The notes beneath the pieces were generated by a model. The model did no database searches. It was given only the letters and a program-made list of their open reading frames with translations, and was not told the DNA's origin. Positions 12,760 through 26,949 of a stretch of 64,000 nucleotides of DNA are shown here, in pieces (the first letter of the stretch is position 1; every line of letters starts with the position of its first letter). This DNA is from Vicugna vicugna (taxonomy: Eukaryota), in assembly GCA_013265495.1 (NCBI GenBank), contig MU058059.1:186001-250000 (forward strand), given 5' to 3'. The position numbers and the translations under genes are program-made.

Positions 12760-14140
12760 ATACAGTCAACTGACCCTCCACAAAGGTGCCGAGAATACAG
12801 TCAGGAAAGGACAGTCTCTCCCACAAGTGGTGCTGAGCAGCAGAATCACTCGGACACTTGTGCTGTGCGCAGAGGCGAATTCAAGATGGACTGAGGACCT
12901 GAATGTTAAGACCTGAAAGTATAAAACTTGTAGAAGAAAACGCAGGGGAAAGCCTTTACGGCACCGATCTTGGGTGTCACGCACATGACACCAGAAGCAC
13001 AGGACACAGAGACAAGCGGACCTTCTCAAACTAAAATTTCTGCACAGCAAAGGAAACAATTAACAGAGTGAAAAGGCCATCTACAGAATGGGATAAAATA
13101 TTTGCAAATGATATATCTGATAAGAGGCGATTCTCTAAACTATATGAGGAACTCACACAACTTAGTGACAACCAAAAAAAAAGAAAACCTAGTAACACAA
13201 TTTTTAAGAAATGGGCTAAGGACTTGAATAAACTTTTCTCTGAAGAACTACTGGAGGAGACCATGGTGAGGATGTGACTACGAGTTGGCCTGTGAACAGG
13301 ACCTGGCCCCTTCCCCATCCTTGGAACGGACATCCTGCCCACTGCTCCCACACTGGGACCCACTTCAAGGGTGCCACCTTGGAAAACTAACGTAACTTGA
13401 GACCATCTGACTTGTATACATGACTGAACCCCTTTAAGGCCTCTATGTACACTCTAAATCCTGGCTGGTGGGTGTGGAGGTCTACAAGTCTCAAGACCAC
13501 CCCAAACAAGTCACCCAAGTAAACTCCTTGCGTGTTACAGCTGCCACTTGCCAACCCGGAGCCTTTCCTCAATCTCTGCCTTTCTTCAGTCTCTCCTTGC
13601 CTCCGTGTACAGGGCACAGTCCCGACTTTCCCTCAGGGAACTCCTGAGGTTGTGAATCAACAACAAAACATACAAGTGGTGTACCGAAAAAAAGCGTGTC
13701 ACCACTAATCATCAGGGAAGTGCAAATCAGAACCACAGTGGGATGTCACCTGCAACCTGGCAGAAGGGCTGTTATCAAAATACAAAAGGCACCACATGTT
13801 GGCAAGGATGTGCAGAAATCGGAACTTTTGCACACTGTTGGTGGGAATTTAAATTGGTGCAACCACTATGGAAAACAGCAAAAAGGTTTCTCTAAAAATT
13901 AAAACTGGAACCACTGTATGACCCAGAAATTCCACTGCTGGGTACATATAAAAAAAATTGAAATGAGGATTTGGAAGAGATGTTGGCACCCATGTTCACT
14001 GCAGCACTATTCGTAATAGCCAAACAACTGAAATCCTCACTGACAGATGAAAGGATAAAGAAAATGTGAATACCTACAATGGAATATGATTCAGCCGTAA
14101 AAAAAGAAATTCTGCAATATGTGACAACGAGGATGGACAA
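12760..14140 (+). mobile_element. Degenerate L1 ORF2 C-terminal fragment, interrupted by an LTR-like insertion
   Basis: Translated fragments KRPSTEWDKIFANDISDK, IIREVQIRTT and [18 protein letters not shown] match the L1 ORF2p C-terminus. Confidence 0.92.
13248..13662 (+). mobile_element. Probable solo LTR (ERV-like, family unassigned) nested in L1
   Basis: L1 stops at ...ttctctgaagaa and resumes at aacatacaagtgg; the ~415-bp insert ends in ...aaca and has a poly(A)-signal-like aagtaaa followed by a pyrimidine-rich U5-like tract. Confidence 0.55.
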
Positions 14141-15522
14141 GGTTTCAACGCTGTATTCTTTCTGGCAAGTTTCAACAAGATAAGGTACCACTTAGCTCCC
14201 TACTGTGCCTACAAGTACCCAGGTGTATTTGACCTAGCCACGCCAGACCTAGTCTCGCGAGACCAGGCGTTAACGGCACGACAGTGTAAATCTCAGAGCC
14301 CCACATCTTCACTTCCTGGACTGAACCCCATTTCTTACTCCACAGCAGTAGCCGACAGAGGAGCTTTTACAGGTGATAGAGCAATGCCTGCATGGGCAGG
14401 AGACCCCCGTTTCCGCTGCCCATGGCTCATACTCACAAGCAGCAGCTAGAACAGGGAACCCGAAAGGTTCCTCTGACCGTAGAGGAATCTGGCTTTGCAA
14501 TAAACTTGTACTGGGGAGACGTCACTGGAAAATATGTTCTGTCTCCCTGTGGTCTGTTGATACAATGACTCACTTTAGGGAAGGGAACAGAGACATCCAA
14601 TGGGTTTTGTTAAGATGCTTATCAATATTCATCATGATAACATGCTACACTGTATTTATTAATCCTCTTCCATCTGAAGGATGAAGGACAATCTACGACT
14701 GTCATACCAGTTCCTGGAACACCTTTTACAGATGAGAAATAATCTGGGAAGTCTTCCTCCTCAGGCTACAGTTACAGAAGTCAAACTGTTACAGGACTAA
14801 GAAACATTCTCAGCGTCAACATGTGGCATCCTCAGGGAATCCCTGGCCATGGTGTCTTCTTTATGCAGTGGTCCATGTTTAAATTTCTTACCATATTAAA
14901 AGAGTATACAAGAAGGTTAACAATAAAGGTCTTAAAGTCTCATTTTCTTTTAAAAGAAAATTCTGGAAATCCCAGGTTGATCTCACTGTGGCCTTGGGTA
15001 CAGGTGTTGAATGGCACAAACTGATCTTTATAGAATATACATGTATTTTTTCCATTCCATTATGTTATATAAACGTCTTGATGAGACCTACATTTCTAAC
15101 AATTGTGTGTCCTTTTAAAGAACAATAGAGGAAATAAATGTTCCAAGAATTGATGTGCCGATTTTTTAAAAACAGATTTGCTATTCTTCCCATAACACTA
15201 GATTGGACAGTTTTGGGTTGGTGAACTTCAGAACGCATTGTTATAATCATTCAAGTCACTTGGAAAGGTTGCAAAAATCAAATGCCTTAAAAGTCCTGGT
15301 TAACAAAAGCCATATTCTCTTTCTTCTTCATTCCTTAGAAAAGATAACTTCTTTTACATTCGTGGTTTAATAATTAAAAAAATCAAACTTTTCTAAGTTC
15401 CTTTTTAATATTGTATTGCATGATATTTGCTTAAACTCTGAAGCCTGTATCTGCAAGGTTAGAATTCACAGGCAGTTTCACTTTTCACCAGCATGGAGAG
15501 CCTTCAGTAGCTACAAGAATTC

Positions 15523-16066
15523 CATGGTAGGCAGAATTCTACGATGGCCCAAGGTTCCAATCCAGTCAATTAACAACCTAGGTGCTGCTATAAAAAAACA
15601 AATTAGGCAGTAGTAATTACGAGGTGACCTTAAGCTGTAAGTATTATCATTTTGACTTGATTTAATTACACAAGCCCTTTAAAAGGCAGAAGAGGTAGGC
15701 AGAAGGGGGAGTCAGGGAGACAAGGAGGATTCGACATGCCACTGCTACCTCTGAAGCTGAAGGGGGCTGGGAGCCAAGGACTGCAGTCGTCTAGAAGCAA
15801 AGAAGACTCCCGGCCAACAGCTAGCAAGGAGGCAGACACCTCAGTCCTGAACCCGCATGGAACGAATTTATGCCAATGACCTTAAAAGCCTGGAAGCCAA
15901 TTCTTCCCCAGCGAATGCAGACAAAAGCCCAGGCCTTTGGTTCCCGAAGCAGAGAACCTAGCCAAGCTGCTTGGACTTCTGACCGACAGAACTCTGAGAT
16001 ATAGATGTTATTTTAAGCCACTAAATTCGTGATAATTTGTTATGTAGCTAACAGAACACCAATACA
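15523..16066 (+). mobile_element. MaLR solo LTR (MLT1E-like)
   Basis: Starts catggtaggcagaattct, ends ttttaagccactaaatt...aataca; 5-bp TSD aattc/gattc. Confidence 0.9.
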
Positions 16067-18612
16067 GATTCTGACACCCCTACAGTTGTGAGTTAACTTA
16101 TTTAAAAAATATGATTCAAAGCAGCACTGCAGAAAACTGCTTTTAATTTTTAATACTTTTATGGACTAAAGCATCCCAGTTCCCCCGAAGATCATCCTTG
16201 TCAGCTAAACAAATACCCTAGAACATGCAGCGCTTATATATGATCAATAGTTCACAGGAGAACAGAGGGTACTTCTTTTTTCTAAAAGACTTATTCATAA
16301 CGTTTGAAACCCATTTGACATAAAATGTATCATTTTATATCCCAACCACTGAAAAATATGTTTATACCTCTACCCACCAAAAACGTTCAACTTTAACTTT
16401 TCTCTTGATCTTTTCCATTGGAAGCAGAAGGAAGAGCGGACCTGCTCATGTGATTTTCATTGCTGTAGTCACATCTGCGCACATTTAATTTCTATTAGAA
16501 ACATTTACTGTAAATATAAATTTTATACCATGCAATACAATGAAATTTAATTAAAGAAAAGTATTTGCATAGTTGCTGTGGCTAGACCTTATGCAAATAT
16601 AGAAAATGACAAACCTGAAATTAATCACCAAATGTTTGACATTAAAACAGAAATTTGTCAAAGGCAAGACTGGGTGAGTCATAACAATAACTAATTCCAT
16701 GGTTCTTGGGCAGATCCCTTTCTGTACTCTGATGAAATTTGTGTTTATTTAATATTAAAAGCCTCCAACAGACCATATATTATATTTAGCTCAGTCATGT
16801 AAAATCTCTATGTGGAACATTTTCTAGGTGGAAGATTTTAGAAGAATGATCAGTTTAGATATAATCTACTTCTTCTATTTTTTCCCTTTCATATCTGAAG
16901 ATCGTCTTGGAAAGTCAGACTCATTTTGTCTTTTCTACTTCAAGATGTCCAGCCTGATTTAATAAGTTAGAGCAGCCAAGTACACAAAACCTTTATGGAC
17001 CAATACACTGATTTTAAATATCTGCAGAAGCAACTTGTTTTTCCTTTGTGCGTCTATCTTTCAAGAGCAACAGGACTACCAAATCTCAAGAGAAACTTAC
17101 TGAGAGAGAAAAAGCCAAGTCAGAAACTTCGTGGTGAGATTCTAATTTATATCAAATGTTAGTAAATGAGACCAGAGTGTGGATGTGGGAAAATCAATAC
17201 TAGTTTTGAGCACTGCCTTACCAGTGAATAATGAAGACTGCCAAATGTCACAGCTGTACATTTAAAAAGCATTATCAATTAGCACAAAATGTCAACTGAG
17301 TAATGCAGACTATTTCTTCTATACTGTGTGCCGAATGCAGAAACTACCAATAACCACCAGGACATTCAACTGATGGTGACAGGGCAGAAAACGGGATGAA
17401 TGAGTAAGAAATGAGAAGAAATGGAGAGTTCACCTCTGGCAAACCAGAATTCTTCCAAAAAATTTAAAATCAAAGGACAGCAAATTTCTTACAAGAGGCA
17501 AGGGCAAAGCACAAAGGACAAATGCCACTTCTTTTACAGAACTGATTGAAGTCTGGTTTCCCTTCCCTCAGAAGTCAGCCACTTCACCTAATGCCTGGTT
17601 TGGGGCACATGCATCTTTGGGCCACCCCAGAGTGAATGGGCTCTGTCTGAACACTGTTCGGGGCCTCACATAAAAGGGAGTAACTTCCAACAGTAGGAAA
17701 GCTGTGAAGACCATCTCTGCACAGCCCTGCTGGAACACAGCAATCAGGCAGCACACGACTCAACAAGCAGACACGGCCCCAGGTGGGCCAGCGCTGACCG
17801 CCACCGAGCACACTTGTTGGAAATGGAAAGCCCCTGTCCCGACCTCGGGTAAAATGAGGAGCGTCTCCAGGACGGAATCCTGGTAACTGCCTGAGCACCA
17901 GGGGCTGGGTGAGTCCAAGCACTGGGAAGCCTCAGGAAACAGTGCACATTGCCCCCTCCCTTCCCCACAAAGGAAACAGACAGCAACAGATATGACTGGA
18001 GATGAGGTAACTTTATCCAGAAGAAATGAATAACTGAAGCCAGGTTATTATGACTGATCCAAACTGATTTCCCAAGTCCACATTCCTTGTTCATCCGTTC
18101 TAAGGATGGGTCTGTTCCAGCAGGCAGTTCTCTTCAAGGCCAGCCACTCTCCTCTCGCTGACCCAGCTTAGGTGCCTAGTCCCTCCTCACCACCAGGTCT
18201 TTGCCTCTCAGTCACACTCTAGGGACCCCCTCTTCCCATCACCTCCCCTCCATTTGAAAAACTAGCTCTTAGTTTCATATGTGTCCAAAATAAAGGGGAA
18301 AAAAAGGAACTGCTAACTCCTTTGTATCTTTGAACAACTCTTGATCCTTGGCTGTCTATGTTTAGAGTCATCCACATTTTGAGTTTCCAGGAAATAGTGA
18401 TCAGACTGTAGTACATATGACAATTTTTAAAAGCATTTTTTAAAAATCATAATCTGATTACATTTCCCACCATTTAATTAATACAAGGCGAACAATGTCT
18501 TTGGTTGATCATGCCATCTATCGGCATTGTTTGTTTAAAAAGGCTAACCTTTTAAGATTCATTCGGGATCTTTTAAACCCTTTTTAGTATGTATAAACCA
18601 GACACTGCCTTC

Positions 18613-18806
18613 TTTATTTAAAAAAATTTATTGATGTGTTGATTTACAATGTCAGTTTCAGGTGTACAGCAAAGTGATTCAGTTATACATATACGTATAT
18701 TTTCTTTTCAGATTCTTTTCCATTAGATGCTATTACAAGAAATTGAATATCATTCCCTGAGCTCTGAGTAGGTCCTTGTTGTTTACCTATTTTATATATA
18801 GTAATG
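18613..18806 (-). mobile_element. Short L1 3' end (artiodactyl-type 3'UTR)
   Basis: gttgatttacaatg...ggtgtacagcaaagtgattcagttatac...; imperfect TSD cagacactgcctt/cagacactactt. Confidence 0.88.
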
Positions 18807-19374
18807 CAGACACTACTTCAGATAGTTATATAACAGTTATCTCACAGGAGCCAAATTTACGTTACAGCCCTGAAACCACAAGATTCCACAAGAAACACAC
18901 CCACTGGAACAGATCTGACCTATAAGCTGATTATTTTTAAATTATATTAAAAAACACATACAGGTTTTTTGTGTACGTGCAAACTTACTTCTCATGGTCA
19001 CTTGCACAGTTCCTGACTTACGGTAGGGCTTCTCAAGATGGCACATAATCTACTGCCTGAGGCTCGGTAATAATATTTATCTAATTACAGATCCAAAGTG
19101 AACAGCATCATTTGCAGTGAGTAAGGTGATAAATAATTTAAAAGGCCTACTAGTCCTAGCTTAGGAAATTTGTTTTTTTTCCCCCATATCATCTTAGTAT
19201 TCAATAAATGTTGATTGAATAATTCTTAGGGCATTTAAAAGTGAAGTTTTAAAATCTGCCCGGGGGCTCACAGTCTCATGAGAACTCATGTCACTCAGTC
19301 AATAATTGTAAAGCGTTAAAATACCAGTCTGTGCACCAGGCTTGGATCGAAGGAAAGGAAATGCTTAACTCTGT

Positions 19375-19640
19375 GTATTGGGGCATTATCTCTTTGCATC
19401 TCCAGCGAGCACTCAGGACAGTGCCTGAAGTGTCTCAATAAATGTTTCTCAAAAGAAAAAAAAAAGACTAATTAAATAATCTTACATAAATACTAACCAC
19501 AAGAATGCATGGGGACTCTCTAGCCTTGGCGGATGTGGGGTTGACAGAAAGTACTTTCTTGAAGAGGCTGAGTTCAAAGTAGCTGTGGAATGTACAGATG
19601 GAGACATCTGGATTTATGGATCTGAAGTTCAAGTCTGAGG
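19375..19640. mobile_element. L2 fragments
   Basis: gcatctccagc...acagtgcctg...ctcaataaatgttt (plus-strand 3' end) followed by a reverse L2-like segment. Confidence 0.45.
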
Positions 19641-21374
19641 AAGACAACAGGGCATTCACCTTTGCCCATTAACCTGAGCAGCCCAGAAACCAGAATTCCA
19701 AGGGGTGCTACAAACTTTGAATGTAAGACTGAAAGACCAGGCTGAGAGTCTAAAGGCCTTTACTCTTTGCCTGCAGGTAACTGATCTTGGAGCAAGGGAT
19801 TTCTGCCACAGCATTACAGGCAAGCATATTTCCCAGCCTCCGCTAGTAACTTATTCCAGTGTCTGATTTCCAGAGGAAAACTGAAGTCACCTCTTCCTTC
19901 ACCCTCCTCTGAAACAATGCAGAATGAACATTTATGTCATTAGTGTTAACTATGTCTAAATTCTCCTCTAGGAGCTCTCTGTCTTAATAAATGCTCAAGC
20001 AATCTTTTAGAGAAATAAAACAGTTTATCATAACACATGCATAATTAGCATATTAATCTGCATATGGATAATAGTGGAATAAGGAGCTGCAGATTATCTA
20101 CACTTTTTTATTTGGAAAAACATTTTATAAGTATTACTGAGGTGACTATAATGAGACTTCTCAGTGACATCCCCAAATTATGTTTGCTTGCATTGTGATC
20201 AGGCATTATGCATAGGAGTTAACAGCAGAAATGGATCTAAGAAACAGATCAGATCTCATTTAGGAAGACAACTCAGCTACCAAACCTGATTTCAGAGGTT
20301 GTAGGTAAGAGAACTTGACAAACTAGAAACCAAGCCCATGTGTATTGGATGTTGGTAGCCAGGGGTGGATGCAGTGTCACTACTTTTGTCCATTTGTATC
20401 AAATGTCTCAAGACAGACACTCCTACCCTGAGGAGGAAGCCTTGCCTAGTGTCTGCATCCAAATCAAGAACTGAGTTGCTCTGTGGCGGGTGCGTCTGTT
20501 CATCATCTGTCAAACAGCTTCTCCCATTAGCTTGCTGAGGTTTGGTGAGGAACAAATCCTTCTATCTGAATTAGAAGCAGACTGTCCATCCCAACGATCC
20601 TGTGTTCATGTGAATATATTAGAAAACCTGCATATTATGTTATCCCAGAGAGTATGTACAAACTCTGACCAGCCATTCTCAAGAAATATGTTCATTTCTG
20701 AAGAAATACAATTGCTCAGATTTAGAAGAAGAACTGAAACGCTAATCTAAGCCATCAAAGCCCATTCTTGACATTTTAAAGTAATGAAATTCAGATTTTG
20801 CCCTTTATACTTATCTTGTGCCATATTGATTCTAAATTATAGGCAGTTTTTCACAGCATGACAAAGCAGGAGGCACGCAGTTGGCCAAATCTTTTTTTTG
20901 GTTAGAAGTAGCATTTATCTTGAGTCTTGTCAGTCACGCAGGGCCCACTCACCCCTACTACAGTCCAATAATCTAAGTTAGATTTAAAACAGATTTTGAT
21001 AATTTTATTCTTTTCTTGTCTTTACAAATAAACCTTAGAGTGTGCAGGGACCAACAGAAACTGGAAATTACGCCCTAATGCGTTTTTGGTCTCTGCTAGG
21101 GCAATCCTACCCCAAAGCAGGAGAGAGTGTCGGGACAGTTAGGACTGTAAGTGCCAAGAATTAGGGAAAACCTGAGAATTAGTTGCCAAGGCAGAAGCTG
21201 CAATCTCGGGATTAAAAAAGCGCTGGCATTTGTCACTCTCTCTAGAAAAACACCCTGCCCAGGGGAAGGCACACTCTGTAACCCGGGAACTACTTCCACA
21301 CACAGTTCTGTAAAATGTTTCTATCCTTCGCAAGCCACTGGTCTGCACGTAGCCTGTAATCTCACGTCAGAATT

Positions 21375-21725
21375 AAGACAAATATCATGATACTACTTAT
21401 ATGTGGAATATTAAACAATGACACAAATTCTGTTTACAAACCAGAAAAAGATTCACGAACACAGAACACAAACTATAGTTACCAAAGGGGAAAGGGCGGG
21501 GAGGGATAGATTAGGGGTTGGGAATAACAGATAAGCATTACTGTATATAACACAGGTAAACAAGGACCTACTGTACAGCACAGGGAACTGCATTCCGTTT
21601 CTGTAATAACATATAATGGAAAAGAATCTGAAAAGAAAAACTATGTATGTATCTATAATCACTTTACTGTACACCTGAAACGAACACTGAAAATCAACTA
21701 CACTTCAATACAAAATTTTGAAAAA
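21375..21725 (+). mobile_element. L1 3' end (ORF2 end plus 3'UTR)
   Basis: agacaaatatcatga...atgtggaat...gttaccaaaggggaaagg...caaggacctactgtacagcacagggaact...actacacttcaata. Confidence 0.9.
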
Positions 21726-22369
21726 GAACTTGATACACGCAGGGACAGATGATAACAGGCAGATGGCAGCTACTGCCTGGGCGACATTTAGCTGAGTGTA
21801 GCTCACTCATGCTGTTCTCGTGTCAACTCAGCTCTGCCCCAATTTCAAGGTCAGTCCTGGCTGGGTGGCTTCAGGTCTCCTCTTCCTGTTTGGCCAAGAC
21901 ACACATGCTGGTTGTCACATCTCTGCTCCCAAAATGACTCTTCTGGTCCAGCCTCTCATCATTTCCCCTGTTCTTAAAATGATGCTCTTGCTTGGCCCAA
22001 ACCCAACTTCCCTCTGGGCTTTAATTCCTAAGTCTGAGATTTTGTCTCAGACCCCTATGGAATTCCTTTTCTTTTGGGTAAACTGATAAGCATTCCAAGT
22101 CCATTCTGGGAGCTGGGATGTCGGTCTTAGTTCCATTTCTGAGTTTGATTTCTGCTCACCTATGTTCTGTCTGCCTTGCTCTTGTCACCCCCTGCCTTCA
22201 GTGTGTTACCCCGAAACAGACTCCCCACAGGTGGGCTACCAGGCGGGCCACGCTACTGCCTGCCGGCCCTGTACTCGCTTGTAAGATATCCCATTACGTT
22301 CACGGGTTTGGACTGGGTTTTGACTTTTCCCCTTGACTGCAGACGTAATTGCCTCTGGGAATATCTGTC

Positions 22370-22560
22370 CATCCATCATTCGTCTACCCATCCAACTACT
22401 CATCCATCCATCCATCCTTTCATTCAGTTTTGATTCTTACATATTAACAGCTTACCTTATGCCAGACCGTGTACCTAGTTCCTGAGATAGACATTCTCCT
22501 TGCTCTTGCACAAGAGACATAACTAAATAAACAGTATCAATAAAATGCCATAAGTTGCTC
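22370..22560 (-). mobile_element. (CATC)n simple repeat merging into an L2 3' end
   Basis: catccatccatccatcc followed by taccttatgccagaccgtgtacctag. Confidence 0.55.
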
Positions 22561-22789
22561 TCCACACACCTTCCTGGGTTTCTGGGGCCAATGCCAAGTA
22601 CCCAGATGCTCTTTATTGCACTGTGAGCACACAGCTATACCCTGCTGAGACCAAACAGGCTAATATTTTCAGTTCCCTAATTGAGAACTTGAGGGGGAAA
22701 TACTACTTCAAGTCAGGAGAGCAGGCATTAATATTATATGCATATTTATATAAGAAATCCTGTAAATCTGCATAAAGTTTTAGAATATG

Positions 22790-22985
22790 CAAATTATTTT
22801 ATTTATAGATCTCATTTGATCTTTAGAGCATAGCTGTGAGGTCCAGTCAGACCAGGCATTATTTTCATCCTCATTTTATAGAAAAGAAACTAAGGTTCCT
22901 AGAAGTTAAAATAGTTTTGGTAAAATTTAGAGCGGAAGCTGAAGACAAACCTTAGTACCGCTCTTATGAAATTCTATCCACTTTG
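22790..22985 (-). mobile_element. MIR fragment
   Basis: atctcatttgatct...ctgtgagg...cctcattttatagaaaagaaactaagg...agaagttaa. Confidence 0.75.
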
Positions 22986-24004
22986 CTAGTAATTCAATAG
23001 TAACTTGCACAGTTTCTAACATCTCAGCACTGGCTGTTCCAGGTACTGCTGTCTACATTTTTGAGCAGGCTGATGTTCACGGGACAGCCTTGTACGCCCT
23101 CTGTTCTAGAAAAGTGACGTAAGATAATTTATAGAGCTCTAACGTGTTGCTTTATCTTCCATTACATTTTTATTGCTTTTATCTGAGAACCCGAGTGGGG
23201 AGAGGGAGAGATGAAATCACTTGTCTCTTACCTTTGAAAGATGTGAAATCATCACCACACCCTCAAAGAAACGGCAGGTAGCTCGTGAGACCTTTTCCCA
23301 AAGGACACGGGGAGACTCTTGACTCATGGCTGAAGTCGCACTGTGACATCTTCCTCTCCATCACCCCTTTTTGGTGAAATCTCATTCTTTTATGATATGT
23401 TGTCATGTTTAACTAGAGTCATCAGGATGTACTGTGACATGTTGTTTGTTTCTTCTTTACATGTTCCCCCCTTCATATACCAATAGTCCTTTCTCCAAAC
23501 AGCCTATGCTCTTGAAAATTCAGTTAAAATTAAGGTCAGCCTCCTTCCATCCACCAAAGTCAGTAAGTTTTTAAGATGCCAAGCTACTGGGCAAAATTCG
23601 GAGACGTCCTACACCACCATGTTTTGGCTCATTCATTTTTTTTTGTTTATTTCTGGAGTGATGGTAAAAAGCCTGGCATTTAACATCATATAATTAAAAT
23701 ATGGAATTTTAAGTTTTGAGGTGAAATCTGTATACTTAGATAAACCTTCAAGTGACTTTATAATGTCATGATTACTTTGAAGCAAGAATATTATAGAAAT
23801 TTTAAAAGTCCTTTTATAACTCTTTAATTCTCTTAAGCACAGAGCAACCTGACAACCACTGGGGTGAAATCAAAGGAAGTGTGACTGTCACCCTGTTAAT
23901 TCTATGCCATTTGCCCTCAGGTGATTTTGTCACTTGGTTTTGTAGAATGGAGAACGTTCTCTTGATGGTTCTCACTTGCTTTCTGACCCTTTAGGTATAA
24001 ATAC

Positions 24005-24077
24005 CTGTTCTCTGAAGACTTTCTGAATGGTACTATTATGAAATTGTCATCATAGGAGTCCCATGACTGATACCAAA
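24005..24077 (-). CDS. Candidate internal coding exon B (phase 1->2): (V)WYQSWDSYDDNFIIVPFRKSSEN(R)
   Basis: Strong polypyrimidine acceptor ttttattttttcccctctctgtcag|TT and donor CAG|gtattt; 73 nt; only one open frame; phase-compatible with exons A and C. Confidence 0.45.
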
Positions 24078-24734
24078 CTGACAGAGAGGGGAAAAAATAA
24101 AAATCTCTCACGATGTGGGCTATTTTAAAATTAACTTCTTTCTCAAGGCATTTAATCAAAAGCCTTATCAGGATGGCAAAGTAAGCCACTGGTCTGTCTT
24201 TGAAGAGTGTGTATTTCTTCCACATTGAAAGGAATCCCTATTCTGTATGGATTAGATCAGTTCATAGAACAGCTCCATGTATATAACTATGGAAAATCAG
24301 TAAGTGTAAGTCATAACTATCCAATAGTATACACAGACTACAGGGATGTACCATTCCTTTAGGAAGAGATGCAAACACTGATTTAAGCATTAGCAGGAAT
24401 TTAACAAAACGAAAATTCCCTGTAACTTTACTTTTTGTTTCCTCAACTGTTGGACTGAAAGTATCAGAAAACCCAAACACACACAAAATGAAAATGCTTG
24501 ATGATGACAATCTGAACTAAGGTTGTTCATGTTTGGTAGCATTGCAAATTTAGCTCAGTTTTCGGTCCATATCACATCCTTCATAATAGCTCTTCTTTAG
24601 TAACATTTTATTCAAAGAAAATGAACATTATTTTCATTATTCAAGAAGGAACTGGATCCGCCGGCCGGTCTTTGATCTGTACTGCCATCTGCTGTGTGTT
24701 GGTAAAACAGCAGCAAACATGTCAAGTGTCTAAA

Positions 24735-25110
24735 ACCAGAAAGCTCAGATGGACCTAAGAAACCATCCAAACCAATGTCTGTACGTACCTGTGAGAAAAC
24801 AGAGTCATGAAAAGCTAAGTGACTTGCACGTCTGTTGTAAGTAGCAGAGCTGAATGAGGACGCGGTGCTGTTGCGTGGCAAAAACAGTTCTGGAGTCAGA
24901 CAGACTTGGTTTCAGCATTTCAGCTGCCTGGCCTTAGGCAAGTTACTCAGACTCTGAGTCTTAATGTTGGCTGTCCTTTTGAGATGAATAATATTTACAT
25001 GAGAATTATAATATTTATGTGAGAATTAAATGTGATAGCAATCTATCCGTTCATCTCTGTGGTACCTGACACAGACGCGCACGACTGCACTTAAGACCCA
25101 GTCATTATTA
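24735..25110. mobile_element. Two MIRs in opposite orientation (minus ~24735-24860, plus ~24862-25110)
   Basis: tgagaaaacagagtc...aagtgacttgc, then tggagtcagacagacttgg...ccttaggcaagttact...gtgagaattaaatgtgata. Confidence 0.7.
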
Positions 25111-26949
25111 TCGTGCCTGCAGGTAAGTTCTTCCACAACAAAGGATTTTCTCTTTCAGTTCCCAGTGAGATCAAGTGTCTGAAGCACTTCGTTCCTAAGT
25201 ACTTAATTTTAAATATTTCTTGACTAAATGAACAGAGGTCACTTACGTCTCATTACAAATTACACTGAAAATCATCTTTGGAGGATTGATGAGTCTCTGT
25301 TGGGAAGTCCAGGTACTGCTTCTTTTCTTTCTTCTTTTGCTTTCCATGAACTGCCCTGGCCCGTGAATGTGTTTGTTTCATGTGAATTGCAGTTTCTAGT
25401 TCTCATGTTTAAGAATATTTATGGTCATTATTGTTTGACTGAAACAGTTTACAGGCAAATGCCTAATCCTGCATTTTCCACCCTGACTTCTTTCACAACA
25501 GTTCAATGTCAGACTTAGAACGTCCACAGAACTAAGTTTATGACGACTCCCATCTCTGAAAGGACGGGATCAGTCCTGGAAAGTTCTATGATTCAGGTAC
25601 AAAGAAGTTACATAAAGTTACTTACAGAAGTAAATATTTTTACATGGCAATTTTTCGAAAGTATGATGGATATGAAACAGTTCATGTTCTGAAATCTAAA
25701 CTAAGAGAAAGAGCCGTCAGAAAAACCAGCTAAACTCTGAGTAACAATCAGCAACTAACACTCTCGTGTTTAAAATCCTTGTCAACGGCAAGAAAGCGGT
25801 GAGCAAGACGACACTGGGACGGAGGTGAATGAATGCAACAGAGTCGTTTAATCTTAAACGCAGTATTTGTCACTTCCTGATGCTGCTGCTTTAGGGGTAA
25901 TATACACAGTATTATTTTGTAACCCATCCTGTGGGCTCCTTATGGATTCTAAATGAAATCTGATCAAGTATCTAAGAGCAGAACACACAGAGGAGTGTGT
26001 ATTAAACGGAGAGTAAGTGGACAGATAAGAATAATAAGTGATTAAGGTTTAAAAATTCAGAATTTATGCCCTTCAGAGTAAACTGGTGAAGTGTGTCAGG
26101 AGTGGGTAGGAAACGGCTTATTTATGGGAACTCTGTCACATTTGTCTACCATCTCTTTTTACTCCAAACCCGTATTTTGGTGCTCAGTACATTTTAGGAA
26201 ACAATATTTTTTAACGGCCTCATAAAAATCACCAAAAAAAAAAAAAAAAGACTACCAGCAGCAGAAAAGTCAATTTAAGAAATTTCTGAGTGTTGTAAAA
26301 TAAAGCACAAGCAATCGGAGCAGTCAGACTGGCAGAGAAACCAGGCTGGATGCGTCACATCCCCAGAGCTACCTGCTGGAGAGGTGAGGGCGGCGCTGGG
26401 GCTTGCTGACTTTGCAGGGCACTGCTCACACTGATGAACTGGGACACCATTTACATGGTGACTAAGAGGCTCAACAGAAGCATGTCTGCCCCCAGGATAA
26501 AAAAGTGGATGCAACACCGGGGATGGACAGGACCCAGGTAGCTAGTGCTACCTGGAAGGTGAGGCCCTGGCACACTGACTGGTAGCACGCCTGAGTCTGC
26601 TTCCCCTAAGCCGGAGCTCATAATCAGAACCTACATCCTTAGGGATGCAAACAGACATCTGCGAACACGAACATGAGCAGACAGCCAAGGATAATCGAAC
26701 AGTTGCTAAGTCAATACCATCAAAAGAGAAAGACAAAACCCAGCAATTAGGAGAATACCCTAGGAGCCACGTATAAAAGGGCAAACAAAAGGCTCTATTA
26801 AATGAGTATAATTCATATCCTTATGCAAACTAGAGTATTACATGTGCTCAGCAATAATACATTGATTAGACAGACAGCTTAGAAATCTAAATCCTGAGTA
26901 TTAAACAAAACATGTAGGTTGGCTGAACATTACATCTTCCATCTTATAT

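Noticed and set aside
12766..14191. ORFs resembling known proteins (also 31168-32042 and 41822-42323)
   Set aside because: Frameshifted L1 ORF2 remnants or their antisense frames; not functional genes.
23232..23412. Strong minus-strand donor AAG|gtaaga with a short MSQESPRV... frame
   Set aside because: Weak acceptor, and its phase-0 end does not fit exon C.
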